Below, piece after piece: positions 9,188 to 20,696 of a DNA stretch of 64,000 nt. This DNA is from Methylophilus sp. Its GTDB lineage: Bacteria > Pseudomonadota > Gammaproteobacteria > Burkholderiales > Methylophilaceae. Positions within the stretch are counted from its first letter, which is position 1. Each line of letters begins with the position of its first letter. The stretch spans positions 2,775 to 66,774 of the forward strand of contig JALDYP010000004.1 of the NCBI GenBank assembly GCA_032153875.1. Direction: 5' to 3'. Both the position numbers and the translations under genes were made by a program. Below the pieces are notes generated by a model. That model was given only the letters and a program-made list of their open reading frames with translations, was not told the origin of the DNA and ran no database searches.

Positions 9188-11461
9188 TCAATATTCCATG
9201 GCATCCACGTCGACTATCCAACGTATTTTTGCTTGCAGGGGATGCACCCTGGCCCAGGCAACAGCAGCGTGCAAAAGCTGCTGTAGTGCGTTGCGTTGCG
9301 TGCATTGCAACATGACATAACCGCGCTCCATGCGATTCAGGCGGGCGATACCAGGCCGCACCGGGTCATAGATCACCGGCTTTTCAGATAAACCGCCGCT
9401 TTGCTGCGCGACAAACTCGCGGGCAGACAAGGTTAAATCGGTTAAAAATTGCTCCACCAGCCCATAGTCAGCAGCTTCTGCTTTCATCACGGCAATATAA
9501 GCAGCAGGCGGGAATTGCAATGTGATGCGCTCTTGCAGTAGAGAATTGGCGAACTCAGCATAGTTTTGTTGTTGCAAAGCGCCGAATAAAGGATTTTGTG
9601 GAAAAGCGGTTTGTATTAACACTTCGCCCGGCTTATCGCCGCGTCCTGCACGCCCGGACACCTGCATCAGCTGGGCAAACAGGCGTTCACTGGCGCGATA
9701 ATCAGGGCTGTATAGCGCACTATCGGTATCGAGCACTCCTACCAGTGTCAGGTTGGCAAAATCATGGCCTTTGGCCAGCATCTGCGTGCCTATCAGAATA
9801 TCTATTTTCCCGGCATGCACCGCGGATAATAAGTCGGTGAGCGCATCCTTGCCCTGGATAGTATCCCTGTCCACCCGCGCCACACGCGCCTGCGGAAACA
9901 GCTGCTGCAAAGTTTCTTCTACCCGTTGCGTTGCCTGGCCTACCGGACGCAAATCCGGATTACCGCAGCTCGGGCATTGCAGGGGAACCGGCTGCTCGTC
10001 ACCGCAATGATGGCAGCGTAATAGCCGTTGCCGCAGGTGCAGCACCACCTTTGCCGAGCAGCGTCGGCAGTCTGCGAGCCACTGGCAGGCGGAACAATGC
10101 AACACCGGTGCATATCCGCGACGATTGATAAACAGCAGGCTTTGTTCGCCGCGTTCCAGGCGTTGCGTGATTGCCTGTTTTAATTGGGGCGTTAATCCTG
10201 CTTCGGGCGGCGAGTGCGTGGTATCCACACAAAAGATGCGCGGCAATTGCGCCTGTGCGGCTGCACGGTTATTCAGGGTCAGCAGCCGATAAGAAAGCTT
10301 TTTACTGGCATGCCTGGATTTTTCTGCGTCACCAATCGCGTTGTACCAGCTTTCCAATGATGGTGTCGCGCTCCCGAGCACTACCGGGATCCCACATTGT
10401 TTTGCCCTAACCAACGCCACATCCCGCGCATGGTAGCGCATGCCATCCTGCTGTTTGTAGGAGCTGTCGTGCTCCTCGTCGAGTATCATCAGCTTAAGGT
10501 GCGGCATAGGCGTAAACACACTTAAGCGCGTGCCGATAACTATGCGCGCTTCGCCAGACTGTGCGGCTTGCCAGTGCTGCAAGCGCTCACTCTCGCTTAA
10601 ATGACTGTGTAGTGTCACCAATGGAAACAGGCTCAACCGGCTCCGGAAACGCCCCTCTAACTGTGGCGTGAGGTTGATCTCCGGCACCATGATCAGCACC
10701 TGGGACTTTGGTTCAGCCAGCACAGCTTGCAGCAGGCGGATGTAGACTTCTGTTTTGCCCGAACCAGTCACACCGAACAGCAACCACGGCTGAAAGCGGC
10801 TCAAGTCTTTCACTATCGAATTCACAGCATGCGCCTGCTCTGCATTCAATACTGGCTCATGATCAGAGGCGGGCAGGGAAGGCCGTATTGCCAGTACTTC
10901 CCGCCGGGTCACCAGGCCCGTATCCAACAGGGGCTGCATGGTTTTGCGCCAACCTGAAGACACTTCGGCAAGTATGCTTTCGCTGCACTCTTTGTGCTGC
11001 TGCAACACAGTGATCATTCTGGCAAGTACCAACTGGCGTTTGCCGACCAGATCTTCCGGCACTGGTTGAGCAAGTGCATATACCCACATTTTGCGTGAAA
11101 CCGCAGGCTTCGTTTGGCGCAAACGCAAGGGCAAACTGGAAAGCACCGTCTGCCCGTAAGGATAGTGATAATAGTCCGCGCAAAAACGTAATAGCTTCAA
11201 CGTCGCGGTATCAAACGGCACGTCTTCGAATACCTGTATCACCGCTTTCAGCTTATGTTCAGGCACATCGCTTTGCCCGGGCAAAGCCATCACAATGCCG
11301 ATCAGCTGGCGGCCGGCAAAAGGCACAACCACGCGATTACCTTCATGGATATCCAAACCCGGATTCAGGTAATCAAACTGGCGATCCAGCGGCACATCCA
11401 GCACCACACGGACAATGCTGGCGGCTGGGGTGACCTGAGTGGAAAGGGCTGCGGAACACAT
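9188..11461 (-). CDS. priA: Primosomal protein N'
   Basis: GVTGSGKTEVY, DEEHD, SATPS, Cys-rich region and QVSGRAGR. Confidence 0.97.
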   Translation of the reverse strand: MCSAALSTQVTPAASIVRVVLDVPLDRQFDYLNPGLDIHEGNRVVVPFAGRQLIGIVMALPGQSDVPEHKLKAVIQVFEDVPFDTATLKLLRFCADYYHYPYGQTVLSSLPLRLRQTKPAVSRKMWVYALAQPVPEDLVGKRQLVLARMITVLQQHKECSESILAEVSSGWRKTMQPLLDTGLVTRREVLAIRPSLPASDHEPVLNAEQAHAVNSIVKDLSRFQPWLLFGVTGSGKTEVYIRLLQAVLAEPKSQVLIMVPEINLTPQLEGRFRSRLSLFPLVTLHSHLSESERLQHWQAAQSGEARIVIGTRLSVFTPMPHLKLMILDEEHDSSYKQQDGMRYHARDVALVRAKQCGIPVVLGSATPSLESWYNAIGDAEKSRHASKKLSYRLLTLNNRAAAQAQLPRIFCVDTTHSPPEAGLTPQLKQAITQRLERGEQSLLFINRRGYAPVLHCSACQWLADCRRCSAKVVLHLRQRLLRCHHCGDEQPVPLQCPSCGNPDLRPVGQATQRVEETLQQLFPQARVARVDRDTIQGKDALTDLLSAVHAGKIDILIGTQMLAKGHDFANLTLVGVLDTDSALYSPDYRASERLFAQLMQVSGRAGRGDKPGEVLIQTAFPQNPLFGALQQQNYAEFANSLLQERITLQFPPAAYIAVMKAEAADYGLVEQFLTDLTLSAREFVAQQSGGLSEKPVIYDPVRPGIARLNRMERGYVMLQCTQRNALQQLLHAAVAWARVHPLQAKIRWIVDVDAMEY

Positions 11462-11520
11462 GGGTGAAAGTGGTTTATTAGGTTAAAATGGCGGTTTGAT
11501 AATTCCGCACCATTTTAACC

Positions 11521-13179
11521 TTGAAACAAACGATCACAGAATTGATTCTGCAAGCGGTGACACCGCTGGTAGACGACACCTCCAGCCTGAATATCATTCT
11601 TGAGCGGCCAAAATCTGCCGAGCATGGTGACTTTGCCAGCAATATCGCCATGCAGTTGGCTAAACCGCTAAAGCAGAATCCGCGCGCGATTGCACAGAGC
11701 ATTATTGATGGCCTGCCTGCCAATAGCGTGATCAGCAAAGTAGAAATCGCCGGTGCCGGGTTTATTAATTTCTTCCTCTCTGCGCAAAGCAAGCAGGACG
11801 TTATTAAAAGTATTTTTCAAGAAGGCGAAGCTTTTGGCCGCAATACTTCAGGCCAGCAGGAAAAAGTACAGGTTGAATTCGTGTCAGCCAATCCGACCGG
11901 CCCGCTGCACGTAGGCCATGGCCGTGGCGCAGCGGTAGGCGATTGCCTCTGCCGCTTGCTGGATGCCAATGGCTGGGATGTGACACGCGAGTTTTACTAC
12001 AACGATGCCGGCGCACAGATTGATAACCTGACCAAGTCTGTACATGCCCGCGCTCAAGGTATCGCAACGGATGATCCACGATTCCCTGAAGATGGTTACC
12101 GTGGCGAATACATTGCCGATATCGCTAAGGCATACCTGGCCAAAGAAACCGTGACTGCTGATGATATGGCGGTCACCGCCAGCGGCGATGTCAATGATGC
12201 CGAATCTATCCGCAAGTTCGCCGTGGCGTATCTGCGCCATGAGCAAGACCTGGATTTACAGGCTTTCCAGATCAAGTTTGATGTTTTTTCGCTGGAAAGT
12301 GCTTTGTACACCGAAGGCAAAGTCGAAAGCGCCGTGCAAGCCCTGATCAGCAGTGGCCATACCTACGAACAAGATGATGCATTGTGGTTACGCACCACTG
12401 ATTTTGGCGACGACAAAGACCGTGTCATGCGTAAAAAAGAAGGGGGTTATACCTATTTTGTGCCCGACGTGGCTTACCACCGTGAAAAATGGAACCGCGG
12501 CTTCAAGCGCGTGATCAACGAGCAGGGCGCAGACCACCATAGCACCATCACCCGCGTACGCGCCGGCTTGCAGGCATTGAATACCGGCATTCCACAAGGC
12601 TGGCCGGAGTACGTGCTGCATCAAATGGTGACTGTGATGCGCGGGGGCGAAGAAGTGAAATTATCCAAACGCGCCGGCAGTTATGTCACCTTGCGCGACC
12701 TGATTGAAGAAGTGGGCTGTGATGCCACACGCTATTTCCTGGCGGCGCGCAGTGCAGATTCACAACTGGTATTTGATATTGACCTGGCACGCGCGCAAAC
12801 CAACGACAACCCGGTGTATTACATTCAATATGCCCACGCACGGATTTGCAGTGTGCTTAACCAGTGGGCTGGCGATAGTGCGAGCCTTGCAAATGCAGAC
12901 CTTTCGCCTCTGGAGAGCGCGGCTGAAACCGCACTGATGCAGGCCTTAAGCCAATACCCTGAAGTAGTGGCGACCGCCTGCCAGGCTTCGGCGCCGCATA
13001 TGGTGGCCAATTACCTCAAAGAACTAGCCAGTGCCCTGCATAGTTATTACAATGACACCAAATTTTTGGTGGATGATGTGCACATCAAACAGGCACGTTT
13101 GGCACTGATCACCGCTACGCGCACAGTATTGCGTAATGGTTTACAGCTATTGGGCGTCAGCGCACCGGATAAAATGTAA
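11521..13179 (+). CDS. argS: Arginine--tRNA ligase
   Basis: [12 protein letters not shown] (HIGH), KLSKRAG and [12 protein letters not shown]. Confidence 0.98.
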   Translation: MKQTITELILQAVTPLVDDTSSLNIILERPKSAEHGDFASNIAMQLAKPLKQNPRAIAQSIIDGLPANSVISKVEIAGAGFINFFLSAQSKQDVIKSIFQEGEAFGRNTSGQQEKVQVEFVSANPTGPLHVGHGRGAAVGDCLCRLLDANGWDVTREFYYNDAGAQIDNLTKSVHARAQGIATDDPRFPEDGYRGEYIADIAKAYLAKETVTADDMAVTASGDVNDAESIRKFAVAYLRHEQDLDLQAFQIKFDVFSLESALYTEGKVESAVQALISSGHTYEQDDALWLRTTDFGDDKDRVMRKKEGGYTYFVPDVAYHREKWNRGFKRVINEQGADHHSTITRVRAGLQALNTGIPQGWPEYVLHQMVTVMRGGEEVKLSKRAGSYVTLRDLIEEVGCDATRYFLAARSADSQLVFDIDLARAQTNDNPVYYIQYAHARICSVLNQWAGDSASLANADLSPLESAAETALMQALSQYPEVVATACQASAPHMVANYLKELASALHSYYNDTKFLVDDVHIKQARLALITATRTVLRNGLQLLGVSAPDKM

Positions 13180-13271
13180 GCTCATTAACAAGCGCATTTG
13201 CATTGCTTCGTTAATGAGATGAAAATGATTAGTTGGAATAACTCACCGAATCGAATGGTTGAATAGTACAC

Positions 13272-13862
13272 ATGAGTCGCGATTACAAACCCTCACAAGC
13301 AAAGCCCAAATCTAAAAGTAGCGGCAGCTCGTTTTTTAACGGCCTGCTGGTCGGGCTTTTTCTAGGGGTCGCCCTCACCGTGGCGCTGATCATTTATATC
13401 AAGGGCGATCATAGCCCTTTCTCCAGCGCCTTTAAAAAAGATGAAGGCCAGCAGGAACTACCGATTAAAAGCACCGTGACTGAAGAAGAAGTCAAACCAG
13501 GTAGCGCGGCGATTGAAGACCCCAACAAGTTTGATTTCTACACCATTTTGCCAGACACCGAGAGCAAAATCAGTGAAGAACAGGTCAAAAAGAACCCGAC
13601 CATCAAGCAGGAAAGTTACTTCATTCAGGTCGGCGCTTTCGCTAAAGAAGATGATGCCAACAACCTGAAAACCCGTCTGGCTTTGGTTGGTTTTGAAGCA
13701 TTCGTGCAAACCGCGGACATCCCTAACAAAGGCACCATGCACCGGGTTCGCATAGGTCCGCTGCGTGATCTGGCTAAAATCAGTAAAATCAGCCATGATC
13801 TGGAAACCAATGGCTTCCAGGCCAATCTGATCAAGGTCAATATCGAGTCTTCTGCACATTAA
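13272..13862 (+). CDS. SPOR-domain cell division protein (FtsN-like)
   Basis: N-terminal TM, FDFYTILP, and SPOR domain (IQVGAF..HRVRIGP), in the argS-SPOR-dsbA gene order. Confidence 0.85.
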   Translation: MSRDYKPSQAKPKSKSSGSSFFNGLLVGLFLGVALTVALIIYIKGDHSPFSSAFKKDEGQQELPIKSTVTEEEVKPGSAAIEDPNKFDFYTILPDTESKISEEQVKKNPTIKQESYFIQVGAFAKEDDANNLKTRLALVGFEAFVQTADIPNKGTMHRVRIGPLRDLAKISKISHDLETNGFQANLIKVNIESSAH

Positions 13863-13970
13863 TTTAAGCTTGGGCTGTCATCGCATTGTCAACTGGCTAC
13901 GTTAAATCATCAGTTTTTAAATTTTCGATACGTTAAACATCACTTTCCCTAGCACAAGGAAGCTAATTTT

Positions 13971-14609
13971 ATGAAAAAAATGTTGTTGAGTTTGATGCTG
14001 CTGGCCGGACTGGCCTCCACTGCAGCTTCAGCAGATCCGCAAGCCGGTGTGCAGTTCGACCAGGTCACGCAACAAATCGCGACTGACCAGCCTGGCAAAA
14101 TCGAAGTGATGGAAATTTTCTGGTACGGCTGTCCGCATTGTTACCATATGGAGCAACCGCTGGAAGCATGGGTAAAAAAACTACCGTCTGACGTCTATTT
14201 TAAACGTGTGCCTGCGCTGCCAAATGCGGGCTGGGCGCCAATGGCTAAAGCCTTTTATGCCATGCAAGAGCTGGGTGTACTGGATAAACTGCATAGCCAG
14301 TTGTTTGACGCGATTCACAAAAGCAAAACGTTGAACCCTGCGGATGAAGCGGCGACGATTGACTGGGTAATCAAGCAGGGCGGTCTGGACAAAATCAAGG
14401 TGGAAAAAGCGTTTAAATCTTTTGCTACCAATATGCAGTTGAATAAAGCCATGCAAGTTTTCAAGGCTTCTGGTGCGACTGGTGTGCCTAGCCTGGTGAT
14501 TGACGGCAAATACATTACCGGTAGCTCAATGGCCGGCGGCAATGATGCTGCCCTGCAAACTGCGGACTTTATTATTAATAACGTACGCAAAGATAAAGCC
14601 AAGAAATAA
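13971..14609 (+). CDS. dsbA: Thiol:disulfide interchange protein DsbA
   Basis: Signal peptide, CPHC active site, GVP cis-Pro loop. Confidence 0.93.
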   Translation: MKKMLLSLMLLAGLASTAASADPQAGVQFDQVTQQIATDQPGKIEVMEIFWYGCPHCYHMEQPLEAWVKKLPSDVYFKRVPALPNAGWAPMAKAFYAMQELGVLDKLHSQLFDAIHKSKTLNPADEAATIDWVIKQGGLDKIKVEKAFKSFATNMQLNKAMQVFKASGATGVPSLVIDGKYITGSSMAGGNDAALQTADFIINNVRKDKAKK

Positions 14610-14624
14610 GCTTTAGCTAGTAAT

Positions 14625-14654
14625 AAAAAAAGCCCTGCAAATGCAGGGCTTTTT
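14625..14654. terminator. Bidirectional terminator
   Basis: AAAAAGCCCTGCA-AA-TGCAGGGCTTTTT between convergent genes. Confidence 0.85.
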
Positions 14655-14702
14655 GTTGGCTCAGGTCTAAAACTCATTCCTTTTGTTGAGAGAGCAACTG
14701 AT

Positions 14703-15062
14703 TTAAGTATCAGGACTACCATTCTTTTCAGACTGTTTTTTATTCCAGCGCTTACCTGTAAACACCCAGCCTATCAGCGTGATTTCCATTAATACCCTTA
14801 ACACTCTGGTGATGGAAAATTGTGTTTTAACCGCCGCTTCCCGCGGTGTCGGGTTGATAAAATCTTTTAACAATTCCCGCGCCGAGGCTTGAAACTCGTC
14901 TGGCACCATAAAGGTTTGCGTGTTGTAATCTTTGATTTGCAAACCTGGATAAAGCTTGCTGAAAGCACCGCCCCGTATGAAATACGGGATTTCATACGCA
15001 TCCAGCATGGATGAAATGACCGCGACTTCAGATTCAGTCTGTGGCGTGTAAATAGGGATCAC
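14703..15062 (-). CDS. DUF2007-like protein
   Basis: IYTPQTESEVAVISSMLDAYEIPYF...MVP...ARELL pattern with a C-terminal TM. GTG start inferred. Confidence 0.6.
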   Translation of the reverse strand: MIPIYTPQTESEVAVISSMLDAYEIPYFIRGGAFSKLYPGLQIKDYNTQTFMVPDEFQASARELLKDFINPTPREAAVKTQFSITRVLRVLMEITLIGWVFTGKRWNKKQSEKNGSPDT

Positions 15063-15072
15063 GATATCAGGA

Positions 15073-15648
15073 TCATTTGAATATATTTTTAATAAAGTTA
15101 TTTCTGGCTTTTTCCACCGGGAGCTTGCCAAAATGATGCCCGACAAAGCCCAGGTTTTGCACAGGGATAAAACTGGCCACCGTAGTGACCAGATTTGCAG
15201 CCTCAGGATTTTCTGTTTCAATCTTGGACGACCAGAATTTGCGAGCCCCATGAGATAAAAATGCCGTTAGATGCAAACTACGGGCACCATCATTGGTAAT
15301 GAGTTCGACCACATTCCTTGCGCGATTCCCTACTGAAATATAAGACCTGACCGCACCGAAATACATGATTGGATAGCGCTTATGTAGCCGGTTGCCAAAA
15401 ATAGTATAGCTAATCACTTCTATTTCCCTGCTGGCTTTATTGATCAACACTTGCTTTTTGGAGTCTATATACCACCGCCAAAACTTGTAGGCGATGAGCA
15501 GTGCTGCAACAAAAAGTAGTGATTGAGTGATCGCGTTGAATCCTTTATTCAGATAATTCACCATCGTCAAACTCAACAGGATGATAAGCAAAAAAACAGG
15601 TTGGGTTTTTAGCGCACCCTTGGCGGAAGTTATCAGTAACTCGGTCAT
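15073..15648 (-). CDS. Hypothetical membrane protein
   Basis: 191-aa ORF with two N-terminal TM helices. Confidence 0.6.
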   Translation of the reverse strand: MTELLITSAKGALKTQPVFLLIILLSLTMVNYLNKGFNAITQSLLFVAALLIAYKFWRWYIDSKKQVLINKASREIEVISYTIFGNRLHKRYPIMYFGAVRSYISVGNRARNVVELITNDGARSLHLTAFLSHGARKFWSSKIETENPEAANLVTTVASFIPVQNLGFVGHHFGKLPVEKARNNFIKNIFK

Positions 15649-15816
15649 AAAACTTTCAAAAATTCAGCAACGATCTTATTTAGAGAATTATTATTTGTGG
15701 AGATGTTGCTGTAAGTGCTTTCGCAAGGCTTCAATCATGCCGAAACTTTAAATCTAACGGGTGAATTCTTTGTGACTTTAATAAAGCACATTGATTCACC
15801 ATGTGGATTTTAAAAT

Positions 15817-17511
15817 TTAATTTTTCGATTTTAACCAGCGCCCAATCCAGGTTTCAGGCATTTCAGTGCCGGTGACAATGTAATGAAGGGTTTTGATGTC
15901 ATGCATGACATAACGTTGTATAGACTTTGCCTGATCCATGCCGCAGCACAAGATTTTGTCGCCCAGTTGCAGCGGAGTAGAAAGCTCGGGCAACATGGAT
16001 TTTTTCTCACCACGCACCAGCATTAAAGGCACCACCGGCATTTCATGACGTTTGCCGGAAGGACTCATGACCAGGTGCTTGAGGGTAGGTTGCAGGCCTT
16101 GCTGCATCAATGCACACACGGCAAAAGCCATTTCGCCTGCAATCGTGATATCCCAGGTATCCGGCACCTGCTCTCCTAATTTGGAAACCAGCTGCGCAAT
16201 GACCGCATTGGCCCAGGCATTGGTCTGGTGCCGGGCAGTGGCGAGGAACTCAGCCAGCATGGGCGACACCATATAAGACAAACAGGTATGCGCAATCACG
16301 TCGCTGGGCTGCATGGTGATATTGGCATTAAAGTGCTGGAACAAGGGGTCGTTGTGACGCTTGTTTTTGCGGATAATCACGAATAATTCCGGATTCGCTT
16401 CCTGTGCGGTCATGACAATCGAGAGATTATTAATATCATTGTCAGTCCCCGCCACAATACCAACTGCCTGCTCGACACCTGCTTGCTTCAGCACATGTGA
16501 CTCTACGCCGCTGCCGACAATACAGTCTTCGCACTGCGTACCTTCAGGATCCGCTTCGATGATGCTGACATTCGCCACACCATTTTGCAGGCTATTGACC
16601 ACCGATTTTCCGAAACGGCCAAAGCCGCAGGCAATCCACTTGCCTTTGGGGATAGCGGCAGGTGGTTCAATCGCATCCCCCGGAGCCCTGGTCAGCCATT
16701 CGTGCAACAGGTAAGTGCCCAGTGCATTCAGGCGCATCGCCAGGTGCTCGCCAAAAATCTTGTATGGATTAATAATATGGTCAGTGCCGAACGAGGCCAT
16801 ATTGGCCGCCACTACATCATTCTCTACCCGGGCCAGCACCGGCAGCTCAGGTTTGATCAATTTCACCGCCACAGAAATGGCGAGATTGGCATGATCATCA
16901 TCGGTTAACGCCGCCACGCCACTGCACATAGGGTTTTTGATCCCTGCATATAGCAACACTTCCGACATTTTCGCATCGGCACACAGATGCGGGACATAAA
17001 ACTGGTATTCATTCATGCCCAGCTCATTTATCCGTTCTGGATTGATTTCAAGGACCACTACCCGTAATTCATTTTTATCCAGCGCGCGCACCAGTTCGCT
17101 ACCAGTTTCACCATAACCGCAAATCAGGTAAAACGGTTCCCTCAGGTTACAGACGTCGCGCTGAAACCTTGCAGTTTTGATTGCCTGCTGCAGAGAAGCC
17201 TCCTGGAACAAGCCAATGATCGCCCCTATGGCATAGAACCAGGCAATCACCGTGAAATAAATGGAGAAGGTCATCCACATGCGTTGATGACCAGTGAATG
17301 CATAGGGGATCTCACCAAAACCGATAGTGGTGGCGGTATAACTTAATATATAAAAGGCATCGAAAAAGCTCAGGTGATAAGGCCGGCCCTGATCATCAAT
17401 ACCCGTAATCAGCACAAATCCGATCAGCGCGATGGCATAGCTGATAATCACCATCAATAGCGGCGCACGCATGCGCCGCAGAATCAGGAAAATAATCTGA
17501 TTGAGGTTCAT
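15817..17511 (-). CDS. Potassium channel protein with two TrkA-N/RCK domains
   Basis: TTIGFGE selectivity filter; CGYGETG and CGFGRFG Rossmann motifs. Confidence 0.88.
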   Translation of the reverse strand: MNLNQIIFLILRRMRAPLLMVIISYAIALIGFVLITGIDDQGRPYHLSFFDAFYILSYTATTIGFGEIPYAFTGHQRMWMTFSIYFTVIAWFYAIGAIIGLFQEASLQQAIKTARFQRDVCNLREPFYLICGYGETGSELVRALDKNELRVVVLEINPERINELGMNEYQFYVPHLCADAKMSEVLLYAGIKNPMCSGVAALTDDDHANLAISVAVKLIKPELPVLARVENDVVAANMASFGTDHIINPYKIFGEHLAMRLNALGTYLLHEWLTRAPGDAIEPPAAIPKGKWIACGFGRFGKSVVNSLQNGVANVSIIEADPEGTQCEDCIVGSGVESHVLKQAGVEQAVGIVAGTDNDINNLSIVMTAQEANPELFVIIRKNKRHNDPLFQHFNANITMQPSDVIAHTCLSYMVSPMLAEFLATARHQTNAWANAVIAQLVSKLGEQVPDTWDITIAGEMAFAVCALMQQGLQPTLKHLVMSPSGKRHEMPVVPLMLVRGEKKSMLPELSTPLQLGDKILCCGMDQAKSIQRYVMHDIKTLHYIVTGTEMPETWIGRWLKSKN

Positions 17512-17521
17512 TGCTGAAAAA

Positions 17522-17896
17522 CTAGCGGCGCAGGGTGACGGTTTCGTAAATAAGCAGAATTACCGAAGTCACATTCGCCAGGAAAGCGCCACCGGAGAGT
17601 GAAACGATGCCGACAATCACTTCCGGCTCAGTGGATTGAGTGCCGGCAGCAGTCCAGATAATCGCAGCGGCAATTAACTGCAAATCAGCCACCAGGCTGG
17701 TAGCCAGATGAATAGCCCCGATCTGCGTGCGGTCACCAAACTTAAGCACAGTCGCAATCAGGTTCACCACAATCGCGGCATACAACTCATAATGCAAATG
17801 ATGTTTGGGATTATCAATTTGCCCGACAAAAAAACCAAAGTTGAGTGTCATGGCTAAAATAATAAAAAAGCCAAAAATCACTTTTTCCAGATTCAT
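17522..17896 (-). CDS. Small membrane protein (DUF6394-like) paired with the K+ channel
   Basis: MNLEKVIFGFF..TLNFGFF, four TMs, 10 bp upstream of the channel gene. Confidence 0.7.
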   Translation of the reverse strand: MNLEKVIFGFFIILAMTLNFGFFVGQIDNPKHHLHYELYAAIVVNLIATVLKFGDRTQIGAIHLATSLVADLQLIAAAIIWTAAGTQSTEPEVIVGIVSLSGGAFLANVTSVILLIYETVTLRR

Positions 17897-17956
17897 GATT
17901 GTTTCCCTGTGTTGTTTTATGGCATTCTAACCCAACCATTTTCTCCTGTAACTTTT

Positions 17957-18766
17957 ATGCACCACGCAACACCGCCTCATCTTCGTATCTTTATCACCGG
18001 TGCCTCCAGCGGTATTGGCAAAGCGCTGGCAAAAGCTTATGCCCGTCGTTATGGCGCACAATGCACATTAGCGCTTGTAGGCCGCAACCATTCGGCGCTT
18101 AGCGCCCAGCAAAATGAATTAACCTCCACGTATGGCAGCCAGGTATTTTTTTATGTGGCTGACGTGCGTGATGTCGCCCGCATGCAAGCCATCGCAGAAG
18201 AGTTTCTCTCTAATACCGGAACACCGCATATAGTCATTGCCAATGCGGGCGTCAGCCGCGGCACACTGACGGAATACCTGGAAGATATTCCTGCTTTCCA
18301 GGCCGTGTTTGATACCAACGTCATGGGATTAGTACATACCTTCCAGCCGTTTTTAGCCGCCATGAAAGCTTCAGCCATGCAAGGCGAGCAGGCACAACTG
18401 GTCGGCATTGCCAGCGTGGCTGGCATCCGTGGTTTGCCAGGCTCAGGGGCTTACAGCGCCAGTAAAGCGGCAGCGATTACCTATCTGGAAGCCTTGCGTG
18501 TTGAAATGCAGTTAAATAATATTTGCGTTACCACCATTGCTCCCGGCTATATCCGCACGCCTATGACGGATATCAATACTTACCCGATGCCATTTCTGAT
18601 GGATGCTGATGTATTTGCCGACAAGGCGGTGAGCGCCATCGCTGCGCAAAAACGCTACACCGTGATTCCCTGGCAAATGGGGATTGTCGCCAGGCTGATG
18701 CGTATGCTGCCTGCGGGGGTGTGGGATTTCATGATGAAAAAAGCCCCGCACAAGGCGAGGCTCTGA
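17957..18766 (+). CDS. SDR-family oxidoreductase
   Basis: TGASSGIG, NAG, YSASK and PGYIRT motifs. Confidence 0.92.
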   Translation: MHHATPPHLRIFITGASSGIGKALAKAYARRYGAQCTLALVGRNHSALSAQQNELTSTYGSQVFFYVADVRDVARMQAIAEEFLSNTGTPHIVIANAGVSRGTLTEYLEDIPAFQAVFDTNVMGLVHTFQPFLAAMKASAMQGEQAQLVGIASVAGIRGLPGSGAYSASKAAAITYLEALRVEMQLNNICVTTIAPGYIRTPMTDINTYPMPFLMDADVFADKAVSAIAAQKRYTVIPWQMGIVARLMRMLPAGVWDFMMKKAPHKARL

Positions 18767-18851
18767 CTGTCATAGATGAGTTGAGCTACTTGAGAAGTGT
18801 TTTGTAAAAATTCAGTAGCATCTCAATTAGATGACGGCAATCTGTACACAC

Positions 18852-18882
18852 AAAAAAGTCCATTCCTTAGAATGGACTTTTT
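18852..18882. terminator. Bidirectional terminator
   Basis: AAAAAGTCCATTC-CTTA-GAATGGACTTTTT between convergent SDR and ettA. Confidence 0.85.
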
Positions 18883-18886
18883 ATTT

Positions 18887-20551
18887 TTAACGGCTAATCG
18901 GTTTGTAACGGATACGCTTAGGTTTAGCGCCTTCTTCACCGAGGCGCTTCTTCTTGTCGGCTTCGTATTCCTGATAGTTGCCGTTGAAGAATGTCCATTG
19001 TGAATCACCTTCAGCAGCCAGGATGTGCGTCGCGATACGATCCAGGAACCAGCGGTCATGCGAGGTCACCAGCACGCAACCGGAGAACTCCAGCAAGGCA
19101 TCTTCCAGTGCGCGTAAAGTTTCCACATCCAAGTCGTTTGAAGGTTCATCCAACAGCAACACGTTAGCGCCGGAAATCAGGGTTTTCGCCAGATGCAAGC
19201 GACCGCGCTCACCACCGGAGAGTTGGCCAACCACTTTTTGCTGGTCACCGCCCTTGAAGTTGAAACGGCCAATGTAGGCACGGCTAGGCATTTCGAATTT
19301 GCCTACATTCAGCATATCCAGGCCACCTGAAATGACATCGAATACTGTTTTGCTGTTATCCAGGCCTTCGCGGCTTTGGTCTACAGCGGCTAATTTCACG
19401 GTAGGGCCGGTAATGATTTCGCCGCTATCCGGCTGTTCCTGGCCTTGCAGCATACGGAACAGGGTAGATTTACCGGCACCGTTAGGGCCGATCACGCCGA
19501 CAATCGCGCCGGGAGGAATGCTGAAAGACAGGTTATCGATCAGCAAGCGGTCGCCAAAGCCTTTGGAGACATTATTGAATTCAATGACCTGGTTACCCAA
19601 ACGCTCACCTGGCGGAATAAAAATTTCCTGGGTTTCGTTGCGTCGCTGATATTCAACACTGGACATTTCTTCGTAACGGGCCAGACGTGCCTTGCTCTTG
19701 GACTGGCGGGCTTTAGCACCCTGGCGCACCCATTCCAGCTCCTGCTTCATGGCTTTGCGGTGCGCATCTTCCTGCTTGTGCTCCTGCGCCAGGCGGTCTT
19801 CTTTTTGCTCCAGCCAGTTGGAGTAATTGCCTTTCCACGGTATGCCTTCGCCGCGATCCAGTTCCAGAATCCATTCGGCGGCATTGTCCAGGAAGTAACG
19901 GTCATGCGTAACGGCGACTACGGTGCCCGGGAAACGCACCAGGAATTGTTCCAGCCAGTCAACAGATTCAGCATCAAGATGGTTGGTCGGTTCGTCCAGC
20001 AACAGCATGTCTGGCCTGGATAACAACAACTTGCACAAAGCGACACGGCGCTTTTCACCGCCTGACAATGGGCCGATTTTGGCATCCCATGGGGGCAGGC
20101 GCAGCGCATCGGCGGCGATTTCCAGTTGTTGCTCTACATCACTGCCGCTGGCAGTAAGTATATTCTCGTATTTGGCTTGTTCTTCGGCCAGCCTGTCAAA
20201 ATCCGCATCCGGCTCGGCATAAGCGGCATAAATTTCTTCCAGCTTTTGCTTGGCTTCCATCACAGCGCCTAGGCCGGACTCTACTTCCTGACGCACGGTT
20301 TTTTCAGGGTCAAGCTCAGGCTCCTGCGGCAAATAACCAATCGACAGATTGGGCTGCCATTGCACTTCGCCTTCATATTCTTTATCTGCACCGGCCATGA
20401 TGCGCAATACCGTCGATTTACCGGACCCGTTCAAGCCCAGCAGACCAATTTTGGCGCCCGGGAAGAACGACAGGGAAATGTTTTTAATGATCTGCCGTTT
20501 CGGTGGCACGATTTTGCTCACGCGGAGCATGGACATCACATATTGGGCCAT
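18887..20551 (-). CDS. ettA: Energy-dependent translational throttle protein EttA
   Basis: Two ABC-F domains (GLNGSGKST, GPNGAGKST), MAQYVMSM N-terminus, PKRIRYK C-terminus. Confidence 0.96.
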   Translation of the reverse strand: MAQYVMSMLRVSKIVPPKRQIIKNISLSFFPGAKIGLLGLNGSGKSTVLRIMAGADKEYEGEVQWQPNLSIGYLPQEPELDPEKTVRQEVESGLGAVMEAKQKLEEIYAAYAEPDADFDRLAEEQAKYENILTASGSDVEQQLEIAADALRLPPWDAKIGPLSGGEKRRVALCKLLLSRPDMLLLDEPTNHLDAESVDWLEQFLVRFPGTVVAVTHDRYFLDNAAEWILELDRGEGIPWKGNYSNWLEQKEDRLAQEHKQEDAHRKAMKQELEWVRQGAKARQSKSKARLARYEEMSSVEYQRRNETQEIFIPPGERLGNQVIEFNNVSKGFGDRLLIDNLSFSIPPGAIVGVIGPNGAGKSTLFRMLQGQEQPDSGEIITGPTVKLAAVDQSREGLDNSKTVFDVISGGLDMLNVGKFEMPSRAYIGRFNFKGGDQQKVVGQLSGGERGRLHLAKTLISGANVLLLDEPSNDLDVETLRALEDALLEFSGCVLVTSHDRWFLDRIATHILAAEGDSQWTFFNGNYQEYEADKKKRLGEEGAKPKRIRYKPISR

Positions 20552-20657
20552 AAGATTTACAAGCCTTCAAAATTTTCTAAAAACGTATTTTAATACGCAT
20601 CATCCATCTGCGCTTGGTAAACGGACACGAATATTGCGATTACAGCATAACCAAATG

Positions 20658-20683
20658 AAAAAAGGGCCCTGCGGGCCCTTTTT
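20658..20683 (-). terminator. Terminator of ibpA
   Basis: AAAAAAGGGCCC-TGC-GGGCCCTTTTT. Confidence 0.85.
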
Positions 20684-20696
20684 CTAATGCAGCCGG